Shown: positions 8,388-16,200 of the stretch, piece after piece | Position numbering within the stretch: the stretch's first letter is position 1 | How the letters are laid out: each line of letters starts with the position of its first letter | Source: Edwardsiella phage vB_EpM_ZHS | Direction: 5' to 3' (one strand) | Sequence record: OM621816.1 | DNA: 32,000 bases | Translations under genes and position numbers: made by a program | The notes under the pieces: model-generated | Database searches by the model: none | What the model was told of the DNA's origin: nothing | The model's input: only the letters and a program-made list of their open reading frames with translations

Positions 8388-9371
8388 CTAGTCGTAGAGC
8401 AGCCTGCCGCAGGCCAAGAGAATGGGCCCCATCTTGTCCGTGGGGTTGCATGGCTTGCTGAAGGCCTGTAGGACGTCCAAGAGCCTCGGCACGTCCTTGA
8501 GGTTCTTCGGCTTCAGGAGGACGGCGGCAACGTAATTCGTCACCATGATGCGGATACTCTCGGGCTGCGCGTCTTCGATTCCGGCGAGCAGCTCGACGAC
8601 GTCGGTCCAGCTCGGGCGGCCCCAGCACAGCAGCTTGCAAAGCTCGAAGACCTCGGGGCTTTCAAGGGCGCTCTGCAGGAGATCGGCGGCCTCCTTCTCG
8701 TCATCGCAGTCGTGCACCTTGGCGAGCATCGTGAGGGCGCCCCGCATGCTGCCTTCGCAGGAGTCGGCCACGAGGCCCAGGATCTTGTCGTGGGTCTTGT
8801 AGCCCTCGCCATCACACACGGCTTCCAGCACGTCGAGAATCGTATCCCGCTTGAGCGCCGCCAGGCTGTAGGCGCTGCAGCGCGTGACGATGGCTTTGGG
8901 CACCTTGCCGGCTTCCGTCGTGCAGAAGAAGAAATAGACGTGCGGCGGCGGCTCCTCGGTGATCTTGAGCAGGGCATCCCACGCGTTCTTGCTCAGGCGG
9001 TGGCACTCGTCGATGATGACGGCCTTGCTCGGGTTGTCGCCGAATCCGTTGTAGCGCAGGCTCGACGTGAGATTGCGCACGTCATCGACGCCGCTCTCAC
9101 TGGCGGCATCCACCTCGATGAGGTTGGCGGCATCACAGCCGCAGGCCGTGGCGATGATGCGGGCAAGCGTTGTCTTGCCCGTACCGGCGCCGCCGCTGAA
9201 GAGGTAGACGTGCGGCCTGGCTTTGCTCTTGAGGGCGGCCTCGATGCTTTTGACGATGGCCTTCTGCCCCACTACCTCGGAGAGCTTGCGCGGGCGGTAC
9301 TTGACGTGGATGGGCTCACTCGTTGCCACGGTAAGAGCTGACGAATCGGGCTCGAGTTTCTCTCTTGGCAT
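8388..9371 (-). CDS. DNA polymerase clamp loader ATPase (DnaX/RFC-like)
   Basis: KYRPRKLSEVVGQ; Walker A SGGAGTGKTT; Walker B VIIDECH; TRCSAY sensor motif; GGAAGAAGAATG Shine-Dalgarno before internal start MPREKLEP. Confidence 0.9.
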   Translation of the reverse strand: MPREKLEPDSSALTVATSEPIHVKYRPRKLSEVVGQKAIVKSIEAALKSKARPHVYLFSGGAGTGKTTLARIIATACGCDAANLIEVDAASESGVDDVRNLTSSLRYNGFGDNPSKAVIIDECHRLSKNAWDALLKITEEPPPHVYFFFCTTEAGKVPKAIVTRCSAYSLAALKRDTILDVLEAVCDGEGYKTHDKILGLVADSCEGSMRGALTMLAKVHDCDDEKEAADLLQSALESPEVFELCKLLCWGRPSWTDVVELLAGIEDAQPESIRIMVTNYVAAVLLKPKNLKDVPRLLDVLQAFSKPCNPTDKMGPILLACGRLLYD

Positions 9372-9576
9372 TCTTCTTCCTTTCGGCCCTGACGTGGGCA
9401 TTGTGGTTTCTCGTAATGGTTCGGCAGTGCTCCAGCATCTTGTGTGAGCGGTCGGCGGTGAGGAGCACTACGCGTCGACTCGACTTCTCGATGATGGGGA
9501 TTGCCGTCGTGCACTTGGCGACGAGGTCCCAGTCCTTGCGGAGCGGCACCTCCCAGAGGGCTAGTTGCTTGGGCAT
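9316..9576 (-). CDS. hypothetical small protein (86 aa)
   Basis: ORF filling the gap between polymerase and clamp loader; overlaps clamp loader N-terminus by about 56 nt. Confidence 0.5.
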   Translation of the reverse strand: MPKQLALWEVPLRKDWDLVAKCTTAIPIIEKSSRRVVLLTADRSHKMLEHCRTITRNHNAHVRAERKKNAKRETRARFVSSYRGNE

Positions 9577-9579
9577 GTC

Positions 9580-12210
9580 TCAGCGGGCCGCAGCGCGGCG
9601 CAGCTCCTTCTCGTAGGGGTTGGGGATATTGAACAGCTCGTGGCTCTTGTAGACCTTGATCTCCTCCAGCTCATGCCAACGCGGCCCCGTCGAAGCTTCG
9701 ACGAGTAGCGGCACGTTGATGTAGTCGAATCGTGGCTTGCACATCTCCTTCGCAATGGCGTCGATGCGCTGCAGGTGGTCGGCCTTCGGCAGGATAAAGG
9801 TCAGGTCGTCATGCACGTTCAGCTCTGGCTGCTTGTAAGGATCGTCCTCCACAACCGCCTGCTCGCTGAGCACGCACATGGCCTCCCCGACGATGTCGAA
9901 GGCCGTGCCCTGGATGGGATGGTTGATGATCTGGTTCTTCGTCATGGGACCGCGGCGCTTGCGGCCACTGAGCGTCTCCACGTAGAGCGTCTTGGCGTAG
10001 CGCTCCATGAGGCGCTCCTGCCACTTCTTCACGACGCGGAACTCATCCCAGAACTCGGCGGCGAGATCCTCAGCGATGTCCTCGGGAAGATGGAGCTGCT
10101 CGGCGCAAGAACGCACGGAGGAGCCAAACAGCTGGGGGAACACCCAACCATTCTTGGCTTCTTGGCGCAGCGTCTTCAAGCCCTTCTCATCCCAATCGAC
10201 TTCAAAGGCTTCCACGATGTAGTCCTTGATCTCCGGGTAGAGGTCGACCATGCGCTGCGCCCAGAACTTGTGAACGTCGTAGCCCGTCCAGCAAGCTTTG
10301 ACCAGCGCCGGGTCTTCACTTGCCATGCCGACTACGCGAAACTCGATCTGCCCGTAGTCGAGCGCCGCCATGATGTGGCCGTCCGGCGCATAGATCATGC
10401 CCCGCACTTCCTTGTGCTTGCGCTTGGGGAAATTCTGGACGTTGGGGTCTTCACTGGCGAGCCGCCCCGTCTCGGCCACCATGGAGCTGTACTTGCTGCG
10501 GATCTTGCCGTCGGGGCAGACGATGCGGCGCTCCAGCACAGGCTCTATATAGGTGCCCTTGAGCTTCGAGGCACTGCGATGCGCCAGAATCAGCCCAGCA
10601 CTCGGCACTTCGCTGGATGGCATCTTGGTGAGCGCTTCTTCGTCCGTCGTCATGCGGTAGCCCTCGCGGCCCCGCTCTTCCACGCGGACCTCGGGACGCC
10701 CCAGGATCTTGTCCATGACGTAGAGCACGTGGTCGGGGTTGCTTGCCTGGAAGGTTCCCTTGCGCTCCATGAAGCGCTGGATCTCCGGCGTGCGCCGCAG
10801 CTTGGCCTCGATCTTGTCGATGTCGTTCTCAAGCTTGTCGGCCATGGCCTCGGCATACTTGAAGTCGACCGGCAAGCCCTTGGCCTCGGTGGCGATGAGC
10901 GCAGGGGCGAGGCGCACCTTGCGGTCGTACTCGTAGCGATTCTCGGCGTTGACGAGCGGCTCCAGATGCTCGCGCAGCTTGTCCGTCCACTTCGTGTCCA
11001 GGCCGTTGTAGCGCAGCGTCTGCTTAATCGGGTATTCGAGCATGCGCCGAACGTCGATGTTGCTGAGCTTCTTCACATCGAAGCCGAAGTGCATGAGCGT
11101 TTGCACGCCCAGGCCCTTCGTGCCGCCGCGCTCGTCGAGCGTGTGCGCCATCGCCATCGTGTCATCCCACTCCGTGAGCCAGAGCACGTCAGGCCCGTAG
11201 AAGAAGTGGAGCCACTCGAGTTCCATAGCCAGGTTATGCGCGGCCTTGCGCCCGCTGAACATGATGTATTCGCCGAAGAGCTGTCGCACCTTGTTGCGCC
11301 GCGCATCCGTGCCCCAGCCGTCGGGATGATCGATGGCGAAGGCCACCGTGCGGTCGAAGGTGCCCACGGCCGCCATATACATCAAGGGCTTCTTGACGAA
11401 GAAGGGCCGCAAGCCGCTAGTTTCCAAGTCCAGGGCCGAATTGCGTTTGCCCGCGAGATCGGCGAGGGCCCGCTCCAGGCGCCCCATGTCTCCCTGCTCG
11501 TTGCCCGTGATGAGTTCGATGCCGCCATCGTAGGGTGCCCGGTAGACCTTGGCTGGCTTGCGCTCGCCCTGCTGCACGTCCTCGGCAAGCCTGAGCGCCT
11601 TGGCGACGTCGAACTCGATGGCCAGCTCATACTCGCTCTTGCCAAACTGCTTCTTCTTGAAAACGAAGTTCGGGTAGAGGATCGGCACGCAGTAGCAAAC
11701 GTGCTTGCCCACCTGGACCTGGAACACGGATCCGCGGTGGGGCATGGCATTGGAGGTTGAGCCCGTGACCCACTTGAAGGGGGCATCGCCGATCGTCACG
11801 ATGACGACGGGCTTAGTGGCCTCGATATCGGCAACGATGCGGGGGCGGCAGCACTCAATCTCCTTGAGGGTCTGCTCGCCCCTGCATTGCGTGATGAAGT
11901 TCGAGCGCACATCGGCGCGCATGATCTTCTTGCCGAACTTCGAGTAGATGAGATCCCCGGCCTTATCGGTCCAATGGTTGTTGTCCTCGTCCTCTTCCTC
12001 GCTGGGGGCGGAGCCGAGGAGGTAGATCAGCGGGCTCTTGGCGCCGCTGGGCTCCATCTTGGGCGACTTCAGGTCGGGGTTGTCGTTGTGCTGGCAGACG
12101 GAGCAGCCAAGCTGCTGCAGGCTCGCGATGGGGATGACGGCGGCTGCCTTCTTCCCGCTCGCGGCCTTCGGCTTCTTGGTGGTCTTCGTCTCGTTGTAGA
12201 AGAACGACAC
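9580..12210 (-). CDS. family A DNA polymerase with 3'-5' exonuclease and N-terminal family-4-like uracil-DNA glycosylase domain
   Basis: UDG-like: GCSVCQHND, LLGSAPSEEED, NFITQCR...CCRPRI, VIVTIGDAP, CVPILYPNF; exonuclease: SALDLETSG, AHNLAMELEWL, YNGLD; pol motif A LDYGQIEFRV, motif B RQEAKNGWVFPQLFG, motif C NVHDDL. Confidence 0.9.
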   Translation of the reverse strand: MSFFYNETKTTKKPKAASGKKAAAVIPIASLQQLGCSVCQHNDNPDLKSPKMEPSGAKSPLIYLLGSAPSEEEDEDNNHWTDKAGDLIYSKFGKKIMRADVRSNFITQCRGEQTLKEIECCRPRIVADIEATKPVVIVTIGDAPFKWVTGSTSNAMPHRGSVFQVQVGKHVCYCVPILYPNFVFKKKQFGKSEYELAIEFDVAKALRLAEDVQQGERKPAKVYRAPYDGGIELITGNEQGDMGRLERALADLAGKRNSALDLETSGLRPFFVKKPLMYMAAVGTFDRTVAFAIDHPDGWGTDARRNKVRQLFGEYIMFSGRKAAHNLAMELEWLHFFYGPDVLWLTEWDDTMAMAHTLDERGGTKGLGVQTLMHFGFDVKKLSNIDVRRMLEYPIKQTLRYNGLDTKWTDKLREHLEPLVNAENRYEYDRKVRLAPALIATEAKGLPVDFKYAEAMADKLENDIDKIEAKLRRTPEIQRFMERKGTFQASNPDHVLYVMDKILGRPEVRVEERGREGYRMTTDEEALTKMPSSEVPSAGLILAHRSASKLKGTYIEPVLERRIVCPDGKIRSKYSSMVAETGRLASEDPNVQNFPKRKHKEVRGMIYAPDGHIMAALDYGQIEFRVVGMASEDPALVKACWTGYDVHKFWAQRMVDLYPEIKDYIVEAFEVDWDEKGLKTLRQEAKNGWVFPQLFGSSVRSCAEQLHLPEDIAEDLAAEFWDEFRVVKKWQERLMERYAKTLYVETLSGRKRRGPMTKNQIINHPIQGTAFDIVGEAMCVLSEQAVVEDDPYKQPELNVHDDLTFILPKADHLQRIDAIAKEMCKPRFDYINVPLLVEASTGPRWHELEEIKVYKSHELFNIPNPYEKELRRAAAR

Positions 12211-12213
12211 GGC

Positions 12214-13308
12214 TTACTTGCTGCAGTGGGCAATGATGTGGGTGAAGGCGAGATCCTTGTCGGCGAGGATCACCACGCGTTTCGTGAAGCCCATCATGGC
12301 GCAGGCCTTGGAGGCGCGGATGATGAGCCCAGGATCCACGTGGAAGGGCTCATCGGGATCGTCCTCAGCGCCCTCGTATTTCATCTCGTCGTCGGCCTCG
12401 CCCATGGGGGACTTCGACAGGAGCTGGATGCGATCCTTGCCCAGCGTGACCTCCACGGCCTTGTCGTCTTCGCTGCCCAGCACCAGCATGGCGCGGGCAA
12501 AGGCCGACTCCCAGGCATCGGGGATGGGGAAGAGCTGGTCCTTGAGGCCCTTGAGCTTGACGTGCTTGCCCATCATCGTCGGGAAGTCGAGGGGCTCCAG
12601 GTCTACTGGCGTCTTACTAAAAAGCTCGGCAGCCTCGCCGAAGGTGGCGAAGAGCGCGCCACCCAGCAGGAAGAGGTCAATCTTTTCTTCGGGGAAGGCC
12701 CGCGACAGGCTGACGAGCTGCTCGCAGAAGAAGCGCGGCAGGATCACCGGCGTATCGCCAGGCAGCCGCACCTCGGTCTTCGTCTGGTAGCGGCTGATGG
12801 TGAAGTTGTCGGTGCTGAAGAGAAGAGCGTCGCCGTTGTCGTCGCTATCCAGCGTCACGCCCATCTGCGCGGGGTGCGTGGGGTCGTTGTTGACGCTCAT
12901 GAGGCACCGCTCGATACCCTTGAGGATGCCCGCGTCGATGCGGATAGGGGCATCCGTCTTGGCGTTGACTTCGGGCGGCTGGTAGGGGAAGGCCTTGAGT
13001 TCGAGCGTGGGCAGCTTGACCTTGGCCCCCCGGCCGCTGGAGAGCACGAGTTCTTGGTTGGTGCCGGTCTGCATGGAAATTTCATCGCCGCCAAAGCTGC
13101 CGAGGCCTCGGATGAGCAGGTCACCGGGAACGCAGCGCCCGACGTCGGCCTTGCAGCGCACGGAGATCGCCGAGATGTCGTTGTATGCCGTGGCATAGTC
13201 GCCGTCGAAGTGGATGTGCGTCAGCGCCGGGATATAGGCAGCCGTGGCAAGGGCGGGGCGCACGATGTTGGCGGTCTTCAGCAGGGTTTCGCGTTTGATA
13301 GTCGGCAT
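12214..13308 (-). CDS. DnaN-like sliding clamp
   Basis: MPTIKRETLLKTANIVRPALA...YIPALTHIHFDGDYATAYNDISAISVRC..., position beside polymerase and clamp loader, overall beta-clamp layout. Confidence 0.7.
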   Translation of the reverse strand: MPTIKRETLLKTANIVRPALATAAYIPALTHIHFDGDYATAYNDISAISVRCKADVGRCVPGDLLIRGLGSFGGDEISMQTGTNQELVLSSGRGAKVKLPTLELKAFPYQPPEVNAKTDAPIRIDAGILKGIERCLMSVNNDPTHPAQMGVTLDSDDNGDALLFSTDNFTISRYQTKTEVRLPGDTPVILPRFFCEQLVSLSRAFPEEKIDLFLLGGALFATFGEAAELFSKTPVDLEPLDFPTMMGKHVKLKGLKDQLFPIPDAWESAFARAMLVLGSEDDKAVEVTLGKDRIQLLSKSPMGEADDEMKYEGAEDDPDEPFHVDPGLIIRASKACAMMGFTKRVVILADKDLAFTHIIAHCSK

Positions 13309-13317
13309 GGCTTGCTT

Positions 13318-13728
13318 TCAGTTGTAGGCGGATTCGAGATAACGCAGGGCCGGATCCAGGCCATCGACGATGATGGTGGCGTGGTACTGCAGCCAGAGGC
13401 TCAGCTCGTGCTTGGGCTGCAGGCTGGCGTTGACAACCACGATGGGTTTGTGCTGCTCCCAGGCGAAGAGGATCTCCATGGACGTGCCCACGCTGGGCAT
13501 GGCGTAATAGACGAGGAGCGCCGAGGCTTCGAGAATGTCCGCCTTGTCGGCTTCCACGATCTCGGTGGCGATGCCCGGCTGATTCATGCGACCGCGGGCA
13601 TCACGGCGCATGGGATCCAGCACGGCATGCTCGCCCCAGTTGCGCGTCACGTATTGGCGCCAGTTGTTGCACTCGGCGTCGCTGAGGCCATGGATGGGCC
13701 CGCAGAGATAGAGCTTGTTGATCTTCAC
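13318..13728 (-). CDS. nucleoside 2-deoxyribosyltransferase-like / DUF4406-like protein, GTG start
   Basis: MKINKLYLCGPIHGLSDAECNNWRQYV...VLDPMRRD...EIVEADKADILEASALLVYYAMPSVGTSMEILFAWEQHKPIVVV; GTGA overlap with upstream ORF. Confidence 0.75.
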   Translation of the reverse strand: MKINKLYLCGPIHGLSDAECNNWRQYVTRNWGEHAVLDPMRRDARGRMNQPGIATEIVEADKADILEASALLVYYAMPSVGTSMEILFAWEQHKPIVVVNASLQPKHELSLWLQYHATIIVDGLDPALRYLESAYN

Positions 13729-13904
13729 TTGTTTTCCTTTGCTGGTGGAATGATGCTTTGCGGACTGCGTTTGGCGTGGCTTTGCGGATCCACGTAGAAG
13801 AAGAATGAGACGAGGATGTGTGGGAAGACGTGAGCCCCCAGCGTGTAGCCGTTGGCGGTGCTCGCGATGTGGCTTGCGTCAAGCCCGGCCAGAAAGATTT
13901 TCAT
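13725..13904 (-). CDS. 59-aa ORF resembling an isolated N-terminal module of TGT/DpdA-like phage proteins
   Basis: MKIFLAGLDASHIASTANGYTLGAHVFPHILVSFFFYVDPQSHAKRSPQSIIPPAKENK; SD-like GAGAAGAAG; GTGA overlap downstream. Confidence 0.5.
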   Translation of the reverse strand: MKIFLAGLDASHIASTANGYTLGAHVFPHILVSFFFYVDPQSHAKRSPQSIIPPAKENK

Positions 13905-14163
13905 CGTCTTCTTCTCGTAGAAGCTCGCGGTGGCTCGCCTTGACGTTGAGGAGCCCAGCCAATTCTTCGACGGCGCGGGCATCGCGGTTGATGATGGGCT
14001 GGTAAGGGCCTGGGGGCACAGAGATTGCCATCTCCTGCCGCTGGCTCTTGACGTATTCGACGAAGCTGACGAGCACTCGGTCGGCATCAGCGGCCCGCAC
14101 AGCAGCGCCCCAGCCACTGGCATGCCACGAGGGTGCCGCCCCGACGACTAGAAAGACTTTCAC
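13879..14163 (-). CDS. 94-aa ORF with MKVFLxxG...VLVSFxxYV N-terminus, GTG start
   Basis: VKVFLVVGAAPSWHASGWGAAVRAADADRVLVSFVEYVKSQRQ...; GTG start overlaps the stop of the preceding gene (GTGA). Confidence 0.5.
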   Translation of the reverse strand: MKVFLVVGAAPSWHASGWGAAVRAADADRVLVSFVEYVKSQRQEMAISVPPGPYQPIINRDARAVEELAGLLNVKASHRELLREEDDENLSGRA

Positions 14164-14657
14164 TTGATTACGGCCCCTGTGATTCTGCTGTAGTGCGTCT
14201 CGGGGATGGGTGTCCTCAGCATTGCCGCCCATCTAGCGCTATGGCGCTTGTCTAGGACCTTGAGCTTTCGGATCAGCCGCACGCGGCGGTCGACGCTGGC
14301 CTCGTTCATGATGGAATCCATGAGCAGCCGCACGTGCTCTTGCGCAGCGCGCGGCCAAAGGCGGGTGTCAGGTGCCAACAGGACTTGGTCAGCCACGTCG
14401 CTGGGCAAACTCTTGAGGGCCTTGCGGCTGGCTGCCATGCTGTCGACGAGATGCTTGGGCAGCACTGGAGGCGGTGGGAGCCGCAGATTTATCTTCACGG
14501 TGACCGGCCTGCGGACAGGCTGCTTTGCTGCGTCGTGAGCAGCCCAATAGGCCTTGGCCTGCCACGACGTGGCATCGCGCGGGAAAGGGGCCTTCTCGGC
14601 CCCATTACGGGCGTGCATGGCCCCCAGCTCTGCGTACTCTTCCTTCGTCTTTGCCAT
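14160..14657 (-). CDS. hypothetical protein (165 aa)
   Basis: MAKTKEEYAELGAMHARNGAEKAPFPRDATSWQAKAYWAAHDA... Confidence 0.65.
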   Translation of the reverse strand: MAKTKEEYAELGAMHARNGAEKAPFPRDATSWQAKAYWAAHDAAKQPVRRPVTVKINLRLPPPPVLPKHLVDSMAASRKALKSLPSDVADQVLLAPDTRLWPRAAQEHVRLLMDSIMNEASVDRRVRLIRKLKVLDKRHSARWAAMLRTPIPETHYSRITGAVIK

Positions 14658-14668
14658 GATGGTCTCCT

Positions 14669-15583
14669 TTACCAGAGGCTTTGCTTACGGATGCCGTCGG
14701 GCTTGAAGGGCGCGGCGGCTTTGGATTCGCTGACCTTCTTGAAGAAGGTCACGTTGCACACGGCGCGGTGGTAGTAGTGCTCTCCCACCTCGGCGTAGGT
14801 CTTGCCGCACTGCGCCAGCCATTTGTCGAGGATGGCGCGCATGGCTGGACTGAGCTGCGTCGTGCCCTTCTGATTCGACACGGCCACGGTCATTGGAGTA
14901 GCGTCGAAGACAAACTCGCCGTCTCGCATCGCCGGCAAAAGAATGCCGCCGTTAGCCGTGGCCTGGATCCAGCTCGTCGAGTCGACGCTGTGCCAGGGGT
15001 AGCGGAAGATGAGCGAGACCGACGTCATGCCGAAGCCGTGGGTTTTGACGAGCGGCTTGCCGTCGGCGTCAGTGATGCGCTTGAAAAGGCGGTCGAGCCA
15101 ATGCTTGCGCATTACGCCAGGAATGCCCACGAGGCCGCCAATACCGATGTAGTCGCAGCCGTAGTCGAGCATGCGCTGCAGGAAGGCGAAGTCCTCCCCG
15201 TAATGGTAGACGGGGAGAGGATCGAGGCCCTCGGCCTTCATGTACAGATAGTTCTTCCACGTCGCCTCAGCAGCTTGTTGGCGCTGCAGCTCGGTCGCGG
15301 CCTTTCCAGGCGTCCCAGGGATCACGTCAAGGCAGGCATAGACCTCGATATGCTCGATGTTGGCCTTGATGAAGGCGCAATACTCGTCGAGGTCAATGGC
15401 CGTGCCACGGCTCCAGGCTGAGTAGGCGCCGCTGTCGAGGAAGAAGCTGAATTCAGATGGATCGATCATGATTCTTGGTGTCCTATCGTCTGAGAAGGGC
15501 GCAAGCCACCGAAGCACCTCTCTCTCTCTGGTGGCCCGTAGAGCCTTCATGTAATCGGGAGACCCTCCGGGCCACAGAATCAT
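14669..15583 (-). CDS. TGT/DpdA-like TIM-barrel protein, candidate DNA 7-deazaguanine transglycosylase
   Basis: FFLDSGAYSAWSRG, EVYACLDVIPG, PLPVYHYGEDFAFLQRML, YIGIGGLVG; directly downstream of FolE and QueC; internal start MILWPGG at 15583 (later start possible). Confidence 0.55.
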   Translation of the reverse strand: MILWPGGSPDYMKALRATREREVLRWLAPFSDDRTPRIMIDPSEFSFFLDSGAYSAWSRGTAIDLDEYCAFIKANIEHIEVYACLDVIPGTPGKAATELQRQQAAEATWKNYLYMKAEGLDPLPVYHYGEDFAFLQRMLDYGCDYIGIGGLVGIPGVMRKHWLDRLFKRITDADGKPLVKTHGFGMTSVSLIFRYPWHSVDSTSWIQATANGGILLPAMRDGEFVFDATPMTVAVSNQKGTTQLSPAMRAILDKWLAQCGKTYAEVGEHYYHRAVCNVTFFKKVSESKAAAPFKPDGIRKQSLW

Positions 15584-15585
15584 GG

Positions 15586-16200
15586 CTACCCCTTCACGAA
15601 GGCCATGAACTCGGCGCGAGCCTTGTCTTGGTCCTTGATGGCACCGCGGAGCGCCGAGGTGATGGTCGACGAGCCCTGCTTCTTGATGCCCCGCGAGCAC
15701 ATGCAGAAGTGCTTTGCTTCGATGACGACGCCGACGCCGATAGGATCCAGGTGGTCCACGAGGGCCTGGGCAATCTCGTTGGTGAGGCGCTCCTGCACCT
15801 GCAGACGATGCGCGAAGACGTCTGCCAGCCGCGCGAGCTTCGACAGGCCGACAATCTTGCCGTTGGGGATGTAGGCGATGTGGGCAACGCCGAAGAAGGG
15901 CGCCAGGTGGTGCTCACAGTGGCTGTAGATCTCGATGTCCTTGACGACCACCATCTCGTCGACGCCCTTGGCGCCATCCTCGAAGGTCTTGAGGATCTCA
16001 CCGGGATCCTGATCGTAGCCGCTCGTCCACTCTGCCCAGGCCTTGGCAACGCGCATAGGCGTTTCCACGAGGCCTGGGCGCTTCGGGTTCTCGCCGATGG
16101 CCTTGAGCAGGGTCTCGACGGCCCCCGCCGCGACCTCCAGCATGACGGGGCTTTTCAGCAGGCTGTAGCGCTTGTAATCGCCCATGTTCGGGTTAGCCAT
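15586..16200 (-). CDS. folE: GTP cyclohydrolase I
   Basis: YSHCEHHLAPFFGVAHIAYIPNGKIVGLSKLARL and HFCMCSRGIKKQGSSTITSALRG; start MANPNMGDYKRYS at 16200. Confidence 0.93.
   Translation of the reverse strand: MANPNMGDYKRYSLLKSPVMLEVAAGAVETLLKAIGENPKRPGLVETPMRVAKAWAEWTSGYDQDPGEILKTFEDGAKGVDEMVVVKDIEIYSHCEHHLAPFFGVAHIAYIPNGKIVGLSKLARLADVFAHRLQVQERLTNEIAQALVDHLDPIGVGVVIEAKHFCMCSRGIKKQGSSTITSALRGAIKDQDKARAEFMAFVKG

Noticed and set aside
9775-11760. 661-aa plus-strand ORF opposite the DNA polymerase
   Set aside because: Shadow ORF from high-GC codon bias; the minus strand has full polymerase motifs, and the plus translation shows no domain signature.
11887-13797. 636-aa plus-strand ORF opposite polymerase end, clamp and deoxyribosyltransferase-like gene
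   Set aside because: Spans three well-supported minus-strand genes; antisense low-complexity LxxxV composition.
14164-14232. N-terminal extension of the 94-aa ORF to 14232
   Set aside because: The GTG at 14163 overlaps the preceding stop codon as GTGA, matching the pattern of the operon; the extension lies inside the upstream gene.
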